This document shows positions 1 to 8,652 of a DNA stretch of 64,000 nt, piece after piece. Source of the DNA: an uncultured Chloroflexia bacterium (GTDB lineage: Bacteria > Chloroflexota > Dormibacteria > CF-121); the NCBI GenBank assembly GCA_963795805.1, contig CAWCIV010000004.1:195126-259125 (forward strand), written 5' to 3'. Position 1 is the stretch's first letter, and each line of letters starts with the position of its first letter. A program made the translations under genes and the position numbers. The notes under the pieces were generated by a model. It worked only from the letters and a program-made list of their open reading frames with translations, made no database searches and was not told the DNA's origin.

Positions 1-1270
1 CAGCGCCGCGTTGACCTTTTCCTCATCGGCCTTGTTCTTGGCGCCGACCGCCGCGCTGTAGGTCCACGCCGGATATTCGATGCGCGGAAGGTGGACCGGA
101 TGCTCGCGTGTGGAGAGGGTTTCCCCGGTTGACGTCAGATGCAGCTTGCTGATCCCGGCGATGTCGCCGGCGACCACCTCCGTGGCCGGCTCGAGAACCT
201 TGCCCTTGGGAAACCCGAGGGAGCCGATCCGTTCTGGTTCACCCTTAGCTGGTGTTCGTCAGTGCATGGTTCGCGGCGTTCAGGACGCCCGAGACGACCT
301 TCACGTAGCTGATTCGTCCGACAAAGGGGTCGGCCGTGGTCTTGAACACCAGGGCCGCCGGTGGTCCGGCCGGGTCGCACATGACGGTTTCCGTCGTCTC
401 CCGCCCCGGACTCGCGCCATTCGCGTGCACGGCGCTGACCGGGGAGGGCAGCAGCGCGACGATGGCGTCGAGGAGCGTGCCGATCCCGATCGATTTGGCG
501 GAGGCGGCGCAGAGGACTGGCACGACGGTCCCAGCGGCCACGCCTTTCGCCAGCGCCGCCGTCAGTTCGGTGTCGGTCAACTCCCCGGTCTCGAGGTACT
601 TCTCCAGCAGTGCGTCATCGGTCTCGGCGGCTGCTTCCACGAGCGGCGAGCGGCGTCCCTCGACCTCTGCGGCCAGCTCCGCGGGCATTGGGATTTCGCT
701 GGCGTGGCCCTGGGCATCGAAGCTGTATGCCTTGCGGGTCACCAGGTCGATCACGCCCTTGAATGCGGCCTCTTCGCCAATCGGGGCCTGAATGGCGACC
801 GGGCGAGGCGAAAACTCGCGCATGCTATCCACGGCCTTCCAGTAGTCGGCATTTTCCTTGTCCATCTTGTTCACGACCACCAGGGTGGGCGTGCTGGCGT
901 CGCGCAGGTGTGCCCAGGCGAGTTCGGTTCCCACCACGGCACCACTGCCGGCTCCGACCACCAGCAGGGCGCCTTCGGCCACGCGCAGCGCTCCATGGAC
1001 GTCCCCGACGAAATCCTGGAATCCAGGGGTGTCGAGGAGGTTGATCTTGTGGTCCTTCCAGGTTAGATGGGCGACGGCCGTGCCAATTGAGATCTTGCGC
1101 TTGATCTCCTCGGGTTCGAAGTCGAACGTGGTCGTCCCGCTCTCGGGCCGTCCGAGCCGTTCGATCCCGCCGCCGGCATAGAGCATCGCCTCCGCCAGGC
1201 TGGTCTTGCCCTCGTGGCTGTGTCCAAGCAAGGCGACGTTGCGGATTCTCCCGGGCTCGATTCGTGCCAT
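1..1270 (-). pseudogene. EF-G-like translational GTPase (fusA paralogue). The reading frame is interrupted near 245-250 and the 3' part runs off the left edge.
   Basis: N-terminus MARIEPGRIRNVALLGHSHEGKTSLAEAML, then DTPG and NKMD GTPase motifs and domain II FKTTADPFVGRISYVKV. The ORF stops at TAA 245-247 after ..LTNTS. A shifted frame then continues KGEPERIGSL..VVAGDIAGISKLHLTSTGETL.. down to base 1, which is the expected EF-G continuation. Confidence 0.8.
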
Positions 1271-1335
1271 CGGTCCCTCCCCTGAGACGAACGATAACCC
1301 AATTCGGCCGATTCGTTAAGGGGGTTGGTTCGCGG

Positions 1336-2544
1336 TCAGGCGAGGGTCGCCAGGGGAATGATCTCGACCGCCCCACCAGGAGGCACGTCGGCCTCGCCGG
1401 GCGGGAGGCGAACGAGACAGTTTGCCTCGGCCATCGAGCGCAGGACATGCGAACCCTGGTTGCCGGTCAGCCTGACAACCAACCCGGCCTTCTCCCGTCG
1501 GGCAATGCCGCGCAGGTACTGCTCCAGGTTCGGGATGGCGGTCAGCCGATCCTCCGTTGAGGCGGGCATGAGGATTGGCATGACGTCTAATCGACCCTGC
1601 ATCTTGCGCAGCGCGGGTTTGACGAAGAGCTCGAAGCCGACCAGCGAGGACACCGGGTTTCCCGGCAGCCCGATCAGGGGGATGCCCCGAACCGCCCCAA
1701 AGACCAGCGGCTTGCCTGGCCGCAGGGCGACCTGCCAGAAGTCGACCGCGTCCCGTTCCTCGAGCAGGCTTCGGACCAGGTCGTAGGCACCCATCGACAC
1801 GCCGCCGGTCGTGACGACCAGGTCGGCTCCGTCGGCATCGAGGCGGCTTGCAATCTCCTGACGGTCGTCACGCGCCGCGCCCGCGTCGATGCCGATGGCC
1901 CCCGCCGCCTCGATGGAGGCCAGCAGCGTGTACCGGTTCGTGTTGGTGATCTCACCTGGGCGGAGCGGTTGGCCGGCATCGCGTAACTCATCGCCGGTGG
2001 ACAGGATCCGCACCCGAGGTTGCCGCACACATCGAACCGACGAGCGGCCCGCCGACGCCAGCACGCCGATCAGGCCGGGGGTGACCAGGCGGCCTGGAGC
2101 GGCGACGACGGTGCCTTTCGCAATATCCGTCCCACTGCCGCGAATGTTGACGCCGACGTCGACCCCGACCCGGATCTCGACCTGACCGTCCGCCTCGGCG
2201 GTGTCCTCGATCCGAACGACGGCATCCGCCCCTGGCGGCATCATGGCCCCGGTCATGATCCGGAGGGCGGTCCTGGCCTGCAGCGGGGTGGTGGCGGGCG
2301 CGCCGGCGCGGATTTCGCCCAGGAGGCGTAGCCGGGCCGGCTGATGCGGTGAGGCGGCGCGGACGTCGCTGGCGCGGACGGCATAGCCGTCCATCGCGGA
2401 GTTGGTGAACGGTGGGACGTCACGGATAGCCCGCACCTCTTCGACCAGGACGCGATCTCGCGATTCGAGCAGCGGGAGGTCCTCGCCATCCAAGACGGAG
2501 AGCCGGGCGAGGATCCGGTCGCGGGCCTCGGCAACCGTCAGCAC
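1336..2544 (-). CDS. moeA: Molybdopterin molybdenumtransferase MoeA
   Basis: 402 aa. MLTVAEARDRIL...PPFTNSAMDGYAVRASD, then the MoeA domain order and a C-terminal beta domain. Length is typical for the family. Confidence 0.85.
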   Translation of the reverse strand: MLTVAEARDRILARLSVLDGEDLPLLESRDRVLVEEVRAIRDVPPFTNSAMDGYAVRASDVRAASPHQPARLRLLGEIRAGAPATTPLQARTALRIMTGAMMPPGADAVVRIEDTAEADGQVEIRVGVDVGVNIRGSGTDIAKGTVVAAPGRLVTPGLIGVLASAGRSSVRCVRQPRVRILSTGDELRDAGQPLRPGEITNTNRYTLLASIEAAGAIGIDAGAARDDRQEIASRLDADGADLVVTTGGVSMGAYDLVRSLLEERDAVDFWQVALRPGKPLVFGAVRGIPLIGLPGNPVSSLVGFELFVKPALRKMQGRLDVMPILMPASTEDRLTAIPNLEQYLRGIARREKAGLVVRLTGNQGSHVLRSMAEANCLVRLPPGEADVPPGGAVEIIPLATLA

Positions 2545-2562
2545 GGCCGGCCCGCAGTTACC

Positions 2563-2883
2563 TTAGCGGTCGTTCCAGTGGCTGTTTTCGAACTCGGGCC
2601 CGCCGCCCTCGCCGTCGGTGACGACGTTCTGGTGGAAGCGCGCGGCGACCATCTGGTACGCCATGGCGCGTGGGATCCCGAGCTTGGTCAGGCCCTTGAC
2701 CTCGTCGGCCATGACCTTGTCGCGGGCGGCCTCGATCGCGGCGATGACGTCGTCGATGGCGGTCCGAGCCTTGGTGGCAGCGGCGCTTCCGTTCTCGCTC
2801 ACCGGCTCAGGCACGAGGTCGTGCTTGGGCTCCCGGCTCGCTTTCGCCTTGCTGTCCTTGGTCTCTTTTGGCTCTTTTGGCAT
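2563..2883 (-). CDS. Small hypothetical protein (Lys/Glu-rich N-terminus)
   Basis: 106-aa ORF, 18 nt upstream of moeA on the same strand. AAGGTGGA-like RBS before the ATG. No family recognised. Confidence 0.5.
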   Translation of the reverse strand: MPKEPKETKDSKAKASREPKHDLVPEPVSENGSAAATKARTAIDDVIAAIEAARDKVMADEVKGLTKLGIPRAMAYQMVAARFHQNVVTDGEGGGPEFENSHWNDR

Positions 2884-2989
2884 GTTCCGTCCACCTTACC
2901 AGAGGTATTTCGACCTTCCGGTTGTACCCGCCGGTCCTGCTCTGGAAACGTCGATTGCGGGGCCGACGGAGCGGTGATAGCGTCAGATC

Positions 2990-3382
2990 GTGAACCGCGC
3001 CGCCCGCCTGCGCCGCCTCCTGGTCATTCTCTCGGTCGCGACCGCGAAACCCGGGGTTCGGGCGACGGATCTGGCCGAGAGCCTCGAGGTCAGCACCCGA
3101 ACGGTCTTTCGGGACCTGCGCGAATTGCAGCGACTCGGCTTCCCGGTCACCTTCGGCAACGGTTACCCCGCCCAGCAGGAGCTGTTCCGTCGCCGCCGTC
3201 GGCAGGAGATGTCGCAGGTGATGGCCGACCTGGTCGACCAGCAGCTGGAGGTCGTTCGCCGCAAGCTGCCGGCCGAGGATGCGGAACGCCTGCTCGCCGA
3301 GGCTGTCCAGTACCTGCCGCTCGAAGCCGCCGAGGCGGTCTCACGGGCGCTGGCCAAGGCGGAGGCGCAGGAGCGCGGCTAA
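2990..3382 (+). CDS. HTH-domain transcriptional regulator (DeoR/WYL-type N-terminal HTH)
   Basis: 130 aa, GTG start. ..RATDLAESLEVSTRTVFRDLRELQRLGFPV is a typical winged-HTH (HTH_11-like) segment. Confidence 0.6.
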   Translation: MNRAARLRRLLVILSVATAKPGVRATDLAESLEVSTRTVFRDLRELQRLGFPVTFGNGYPAQQELFRRRRRQEMSQVMADLVDQQLEVVRRKLPAEDAERLLAEAVQYLPLEAAEAVSRALAKAEAQERG

Positions 3383-3394
3383 AATGTCGGCACC

Positions 3395-3471
3395 GGTCGG
3401 CTAGCTCAGCTGGTTAGAGCGCTTGGTTCACATCCAAGAGGTCGAGGGTTCGAGTCCCCCGCCGACCACCA
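3395..3471 (+). tRNA. tRNA-Val (anticodon CAC), CCA encoded
   Basis: The cloverleaf folds by hand. Acceptor GGTCGGC/GCCGACC, D stem GCTC/GAGC, anticodon stem CTTGG/CCAAG with loop TTCACAT, and T arm GAGGG-TTCGAGT-CCCCC (one A.C mismatch), followed by ACCA. Confidence 0.88.
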
Positions 3472-3620
3472 CTCGACATGATCGCCCGCGGTATCCACCG
3501 CGAGCAGCCGAAGCCGGCTCAACCTCAGCAGAATGTGTTATTGCTGAGGTTTCATTTTCTGATAGCCGTGGTATAAAATACGGGGCGGCAATCCAGCGAG
3601 TTCCAGGAGGATTTTGCAGT

Positions 3621-4091
3621 ATGGCTCACGTCGAAAAGTCGATCGAAGTCGAAAAGCCGGTGGACCAGGTTTACGCGCAGTGGACCCAGTTCCAGGATTT
3701 TCCTCAGTTCATGGAGAACGTCGAGGAAGTCAAGCAGCTCGACGACAAGCACCTCGAGTGGAAGGCCAAGATCGCGGGTACCCAGCGCCAGTGGAAGGCC
3801 GAGATCATCGAGCAACGGCCCAATGAAGTGATCGCGTGGCGCTCCACCACCGGCGACCAGAACGATGGTCGGGTGCAGTTTCTGAAGAGCAACGGCCAGA
3901 CCAAGGTCACCCTGAGCATGGACTATGAGCCTCCGGGCGGCGCCGTCGGCGAGATTGGCGACAAGCTGATCCAGGCGGCTCCGGGCCGGGTCGAGAACGA
4001 CCTGAAGCGCTTCAAGAAATTCATCGAGGAGCGCGGCACGCCGACCGGCAAGTGGTCGGGCGAAATTCAGTCGGGTCAGGTCAAGAACTAA
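3621..4091 (+). CDS. SRPBCC-superfamily protein (polyketide cyclase/dehydrase-like)
   Basis: MAHVEKSIEVEKPVDQVYAQWTQFQDFPQFMENVEEVKQLDDKHLEWKAKI.. is a typical cyclase/dehydrase fold signature. AGGAGG RBS at 3605-3610. The upstream part of the track ORF (3423-3620) overlaps the tRNA and is not coding. Confidence 0.75.
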   Translation: MAHVEKSIEVEKPVDQVYAQWTQFQDFPQFMENVEEVKQLDDKHLEWKAKIAGTQRQWKAEIIEQRPNEVIAWRSTTGDQNDGRVQFLKSNGQTKVTLSMDYEPPGGAVGEIGDKLIQAAPGRVENDLKRFKKFIEERGTPTGKWSGEIQSGQVKN

Positions 4092-4112
4092 GACCCAGCG
4101 GTTTCCCTCCGT

Positions 4113-4148
4113 AGCGGTCGCCATCGGGCGGCCGCTCTTTCTTTTGTT
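4113..4148 (+). terminator. Rho-independent terminator after the SRPBCC gene
   Basis: 10-bp GC-rich stem AGCGGTCGCC / GGCGGCCGCT (one G.U pair), 4-nt loop, then CTTTCTTTTGTT. Confidence 0.75.
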
Positions 4149-4228
4149 ACACTTAGCGACGCTTTCCTGCTCCGGTGCCACCTCGGCAGGTCATATTCGG
4201 AGCAAATCCATAGGAAGGAGGCTGCTGT

Positions 4229-4525
4229 TTGTCGGCGTATGAGTTGATGTACCTCGTCAAGCCAGAGCTTGACGATGACGCGGTTCAGCAGGAGATCGAG
4301 AAGGTCAGCCAGCTGATCCAGACCAATGGAGGCCAGGTCAAGAAGGTCACACCGTGGGGTAAGCGTCGGCTTGCCTATACCGTGAAGGACCAGCGTGAGG
4401 GCCATTACATCGTCGCGGAGTTCGATCTCGATCAGCCCCGAGTTCAGGAGGTCGACCGTCTCTTGAAGATCTCGGACAACGTCTTCCGGCATCTGTTGGT
4501 TCGTCAGGATGAGGGCAAGTCATGA
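4229..4525 (+). CDS. rpsF: 30S ribosomal protein S6
   Basis: TTG start 7 nt after [27 protein letters not shown]...[18 protein letters not shown]. Sits in the conserved rpsF-ssb-rpsR order. Confidence 0.92.
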   Translation: MSAYELMYLVKPELDDDAVQQEIEKVSQLIQTNGGQVKKVTPWGKRRLAYTVKDQREGHYIVAEFDLDQPRVQEVDRLLKISDNVFRHLLVRQDEGKS

Positions 4526-4986
4526 ACCTGAATAAAGTGATGTTGATCGGCCGGCTGACCCGTGATCCCGAGATGCGCTACACGCCGAGCGGGGCGCCGG
4601 TGACGACGTTCTCGCTGGCCACCAACCGCTACGGGCAGGGGACCGACGGCGAGAAGAAGGAATACACCGATTACCACAACGTCGTCGCCTGGAATATCGG
4701 CAAGCGCAACCTTGCCGAAATCTGCGGCCAGTACCTCCACAAGGGCAGCCTCGTCTACATCGAAGGCCGCCTGCAGACCCGCTCCTGGGAAGGCCAGGAT
4801 GGACAGAAGCGGAAGACGACCGAGATCAACGCCACCGAGGTCCAGTTCCTCGAGACCCGCCAGCAGTCACAGGCGCACGCCTCGTCACCGGCTGCTGAGC
4901 CGGTGGAAGCGCCGGTAGGCGCGGCAGCCACTGCCCACACCGAAGAGCCATCCCGGGACGTCGATCCCGACGATATCCCGTTCTAG
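4522..4986 (+). CDS. ssb: Single-stranded DNA-binding protein
   Basis: [36 protein letters not shown] (OB fold) and an acidic C-terminal tip DDIPF. ATGA overlap with rpsF. Confidence 0.93.
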   Translation: MNLNKVMLIGRLTRDPEMRYTPSGAPVTTFSLATNRYGQGTDGEKKEYTDYHNVVAWNIGKRNLAEICGQYLHKGSLVYIEGRLQTRSWEGQDGQKRKTTEINATEVQFLETRQQSQAHASSPAAEPVEAPVGAAATAHTEEPSRDVDPDDIPF

Positions 4987-4989
4987 CGC

Positions 4990-5235
4990 ATGCCGCCACC
5001 CACTGAAAAGCGCGACCGCAAGCCGCACAAGAAGGTCTGCAACTTCTGTGTCGAGAAGGTCGTCCTGATCGATTACAAGGAAGTGTCGCGACTTCGCCGC
5101 TTCATCAGCGAGCGGGGCAAGATCCTGCCGCGTCGCGTCACCGGGACCTGCGCCCGGCACCAGCGCCGGCTCGCGGTCGCCCTGAAGCGCGCTCGGCACG
5201 TGGCGTTGCTGCCATACACCGCCGACCAGCGCTAG
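4990..5235 (+). CDS. rpsR: 30S ribosomal protein S18
   Basis: ..[62 protein letters not shown]. Confidence 0.93.
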   Translation: MPPPTEKRDRKPHKKVCNFCVEKVVLIDYKEVSRLRRFISERGKILPRRVTGTCARHQRRLAVALKRARHVALLPYTADQR

Positions 5236-5244
5236 CGCGCCGGC

Positions 5245-5787
5245 TTGGCCATGGCCTCGTCTGGTCCGATCCGTCGCTTCATGGACGACGCCCGATCGAT
5301 CCTCAGCGCCGGCGTTAGCGCCGAGGCGCTCACCCGGGTTGGCGACCTGCTGTCAGTAGCGGCACGCGACCCCGGGTTTACTCCCGAGGCGAGTCTTCGC
5401 GTCATGCACCAGAGCGACTCCTCAGCCGCCGTCCTCCAGTCGGACGCCGACGGGCTGACGCTGGTGCTCGGCAAGTTCTCCCACGCGGCCGAAACGCCGG
5501 TTCACGACCATGGCGCCTGGGGAGTCGCCTGCATCGTCCGTGGCGCCGACCGATACCGGCATTACGACGAGCCGCGAGACGGCGCGGTCCCGCAGGTACG
5601 TTTTGAACGGCTCCTCCGACAGGGTGACTACGTCAGCTGGCTCGAGCCGCCCGACGACATCCACAGCCAGCAGGGGATCGACGAGCCCGCCCTCGAGCTG
5701 ATCCTGTTTGGTAAGAACGTGATGACCATGCCTCGCCGCTATTTCGACCTCGCCACCGGTCGCGTCAGGACGGCGCTTCCGCAGTAA
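5245..5787 (+). CDS. Cupin-fold protein (cysteine-dioxygenase-type-I-like)
   Basis: 180 aa. Metal motif ..TPVHDHGAWGVACIVRGADRY.. and a later DDIHS. Confidence 0.55.
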   Translation: MAMASSGPIRRFMDDARSILSAGVSAEALTRVGDLLSVAARDPGFTPEASLRVMHQSDSSAAVLQSDADGLTLVLGKFSHAAETPVHDHGAWGVACIVRGADRYRHYDEPRDGAVPQVRFERLLRQGDYVSWLEPPDDIHSQQGIDEPALELILFGKNVMTMPRRYFDLATGRVRTALPQ

Positions 5788-6478
5788 GGGGTTCCGCCGC
5801 TCTTCTCGCCAGGGATCGACCGCGGCGCCCGAGGAATGATCCGGCGACAAACTTCGGCACCGCGACGAGGAAGTAGGCAAAGCCGGCAACGGTCGCCGTC
5901 GCCGGACGTGGGATGACCTGGGCGAGACCGGCCGAGAGCAAGCCGACCATCATGGTCGCGAGATGGTCCGCGATCGAGACGCGCGTCACCAGCCGTTCCC
6001 ATTCACTCAGGCCCAGCTCGTCGCGTTTTCGATACGCCTGAAGGTACAGCAGCGCTAGAACGAGGCTGACACCCGCGAAGCCCAAGCCGTAGATGAGAAA
6101 AAGGAACGGCAGGTCCTTTTCGGCAACGCTGACCCCGGTCGTCCCGAAGGCGACACCGAAGAGAAACTTCAGCGGATAAACATAAAACAGGACGACAAAG
6201 AGCAAGAGAAGCGTCAGAAAGACCGTCATCGCGTCGCTCAATGCATAGCGTCGGAAGAAGATGTACTGCGCGTACCAGATCGCGGCGACCATCGCGAAGG
6301 TCACCGCAAAGACCGGTAGGCCGCGCAGTTGCTGCAGCAGTTCATCGAAGCGCGTGGGCACGGCGAGCGAAACGACCAGCAACGTGATGGCAAAGCCAAA
6401 CGCTGTGTCGCTGAAACCCTCCAGGCGAGAGACCGATTCGCTTCGAAGGCGAAAGCGAGGCGCAGCGCGGTTGGCCAC
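5765..6478 (-). CDS. TMEM175/DUF1211-family membrane protein (putative K+ channel)
   Basis: RLEGFSDTAFGFAITLLVVSL signature (RxxxFSD in TM1) plus about 6 hydrophobic segments. 237 aa. Confidence 0.7.
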   Translation of the reverse strand: MANRAAPRFRLRSESVSRLEGFSDTAFGFAITLLVVSLAVPTRFDELLQQLRGLPVFAVTFAMVAAIWYAQYIFFRRYALSDAMTVFLTLLLLFVVLFYVYPLKFLFGVAFGTTGVSVAEKDLPFLFLIYGLGFAGVSLVLALLYLQAYRKRDELGLSEWERLVTRVSIADHLATMMVGLLSAGLAQVIPRPATATVAGFAYFLVAVPKFVAGSFLGRRGRSLARRAAEPLTAEAPS

Positions 6479-6532
6479 GGCAAGAAGTCTAGGCTGAAAT
6501 GCCCGAAGAGCTGCCGTATACTTCGGCCTAGT

Positions 6533-7444
6533 TTGCGATCCCCGCGCCTCCCGGCCGTGCTAGCGGCCGGGGTCGTCTTGCTTACGTCCCTGTCAACGGC
6601 TCGGGCCACGGCTTCAGAGCCCCTGCCGTCCGCGCCCGCCCCCTACATCATCGCCATCGACCCCGGGCATGGCGGGAGTGTCACGAGCGATCCGAGCCAG
6701 CTCTGGGACCCGGGGGTGGTCAAGGGCCGCGTGATGGAAAAGGACATCACCCTTGACCTGGCTTCGCGGCTGCGCGCGCTGCTGCAGCGGGAGCGGGTCC
6801 ACGTCGTGCTGACCAGGACGGGGGACCAGTATGTCGAGATCTCGGAGCGATGGAACCGGGTGCACGCCTCCGGGGCACGCCTTTTTGTCAGCCTGCATGT
6901 GAATGCCTTCGATGGCGACCCGAACATCAGCGGCCAGACGATCTTCTATCCGCGGCCGGACAGCCTTGCCTTCGCCCAGGCCGTCGATAGCGGCCTGGCG
7001 CAGTCGCTGCACACCTACCAGGTGGCTGACGATGGCGTGGCGCCAAAACCCGAGCTCTGGGTGCACTCGGACATCCCAACCGCCACGGTCGAACCCGCGT
7101 ACCTCACCAACCCGCGAGAATCGTCGCTGCTTCAGCAAGGCGGCTTTCGCGACGCGATTGCCCAGGGTGTCTTTCAGGGGCTGCTCGCCTTCGATCCACA
7201 AATCGAAGCGACCCGTTTGCAAATCGTCCACGCGGAGGCTGCGTCCGCGGCCCAGCGGCAGGCGCAGTCGGCGGCCAGTGCTGACGCGGCGCGAACCGCC
7301 GGCGCCACGCGATGGGCGCTGTTGATCGGGGGCGTGCTCGGCCTCTGGATCCTGATGCGGTTTGCCACGCGGCGGCCGCCGCGGACGCCGCAGTACCGGC
7401 ATCGCCCGGTCCGCCGGCGCCGGCAAGCGTCGCGCCGATTCTGA
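6533..7444 (+). CDS. N-acetylmuramoyl-L-alanine amidase (Amidase_3 family) with signal peptide and C-terminal TM anchor
   Basis: IIAIDPGHGG...EKDITLDLASRLRALL...LFVSLHVNAF...EPAYLTNP. I propose the in-frame TTG at 6533 as start, because the track ORF start at 6329 overlaps the convergent membrane gene. The start remains uncertain. Confidence 0.78.
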   Translation: MRSPRLPAVLAAGVVLLTSLSTARATASEPLPSAPAPYIIAIDPGHGGSVTSDPSQLWDPGVVKGRVMEKDITLDLASRLRALLQRERVHVVLTRTGDQYVEISERWNRVHASGARLFVSLHVNAFDGDPNISGQTIFYPRPDSLAFAQAVDSGLAQSLHTYQVADDGVAPKPELWVHSDIPTATVEPAYLTNPRESSLLQQGGFRDAIAQGVFQGLLAFDPQIEATRLQIVHAEAASAAQRQAQSAASADAARTAGATRWALLIGGVLGLWILMRFATRRPPRTPQYRHRPVRRRRQASRRF

Positions 7445-7478
7445 AATCGAAACAGGTCGATCGGTAAACTAAAGCGCC

Positions 7479-8648
7479 ATGAATCCAGACGCCCAGCTCC
7501 GCATTCCTGGCCCGACCCCCGTGCCGACGCGCGTCCAGCGCGCCATGGAGGCGCCCATGATCAACCACCGTGGCCCCGAGTTTCGCGCACTCCTGCCTGA
7601 GCTCGAGCAGGGCCTGAAGTGGGCCTTCCAAACCGAGAACGACATGTTGATCTTCCCCGCATCGGGAACCGGTGGCCTCGAGAGCGCGGTTGCCAACGTC
7701 GTCTCGCCTGGCGAACGGATCCTCGCGGTCACCATCGGCGCCTTCGGTGACCGTTTCGCCGACCTGGCCACGGCGTTCGGGGCCGACGTCGTCCGCTACA
7801 CCCTGCCATGGGGCGAGGGTGCTGACCCGCAGGATCTCGATGACCTTCTCTCGCGGGAGCCCGATATTGCGACCGTCCTGATCACCCACAACGAAACGTC
7901 AACCGGAGTCACCAACCCGATGCGGGCGCTGGCGGAGATCGTCAAGCGCCATGGCCGCCTCCTCGTTGTCGACGGGGTGAGCTCGATCGGCTCGATCGAT
8001 ATGCCGGTCGATGCCTGGAACGTCGACGTCGCCATCACCGCTTCGCAGAAAGGGTGGATGCTCCCCCCGGGTGTGACGATGCTGAGCGTGAGCAAAGCTG
8101 CGTGGAAACGTCAAGCGGAGTCCCGCTCACCTCGGTTCTATTTCGATTGGGAGCGGGCGCAGCAGATGCAGGCGAAGGGAATGACCTTCACCACGCCGGC
8201 GGTCGGAATCCTCTTCGGACTGCGCGAGTCGTTGCAGATGATGCGGGAGGAGGGCCTGCAGGCGATCTTCGCGCGCCACCAGCGAATCGCCGCGGCCTTC
8301 CGGGCTGCCGCCAGCGCGCTCAACCTGCGCCTGCTTGCCGCCGACGGCCTGGCTTCGCCGACGGTGACCGCGATCTTCTTCCCCGAGACCATCCAGGGGG
8401 AGAAGGCGGATGCGGTGCTGAAGACCTGGCGAGACATCGGGCTGGTCGTTGGCGAGGGCCAGGGGAAGCTGTCCGGAAAGATCTTCCGGATCGGTCATCT
8501 CGGCGCTGTCAACGACGCCGATGTGGTCGCGACCGTTGAAGCGCTCGAAAAGGGTCTCGAGGCGCATGGCCACCCGGTGTCCCGGGGAGCCGCCCTGGCA
8601 GCGGCGCGTCGCGCCCTCGAAAGCACACGGCCGAGCCTCGTCGCCTGA
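7479..8648 (+). CDS. Class-V PLP aminotransferase (serine-glyoxylate / phosphoserine aminotransferase-like)
   Basis: 389 aa. MNPDAQLRIPGPTPVPTRVQRAMEAPMINHRGPEF..ITHNETSTGV..SQKGWMLPPG. Lies immediately upstream of serA. Confidence 0.8.
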   Translation: MNPDAQLRIPGPTPVPTRVQRAMEAPMINHRGPEFRALLPELEQGLKWAFQTENDMLIFPASGTGGLESAVANVVSPGERILAVTIGAFGDRFADLATAFGADVVRYTLPWGEGADPQDLDDLLSREPDIATVLITHNETSTGVTNPMRALAEIVKRHGRLLVVDGVSSIGSIDMPVDAWNVDVAITASQKGWMLPPGVTMLSVSKAAWKRQAESRSPRFYFDWERAQQMQAKGMTFTTPAVGILFGLRESLQMMREEGLQAIFARHQRIAAAFRAAASALNLRLLAADGLASPTVTAIFFPETIQGEKADAVLKTWRDIGLVVGEGQGKLSGKIFRIGHLGAVNDADVVATVEALEKGLEAHGHPVSRGAALAAARRALESTRPSLVA

Positions 8649-8652
8649 TCGC

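Noticed and set aside
2899-2945. Moco riboswitch upstream of the moeA operon
   Set aside because: The element is far shorter than the ~130-nt Moco motif, and I could not find that motif's conserved segments. It is kept only as a generic structured region.
3423-3620. Upstream part of track ORF 3423..4091
   Set aside because: It overlaps the tRNA-Val gene. The SRPBCC homology and a strong AGGAGG RBS begin at 3621.
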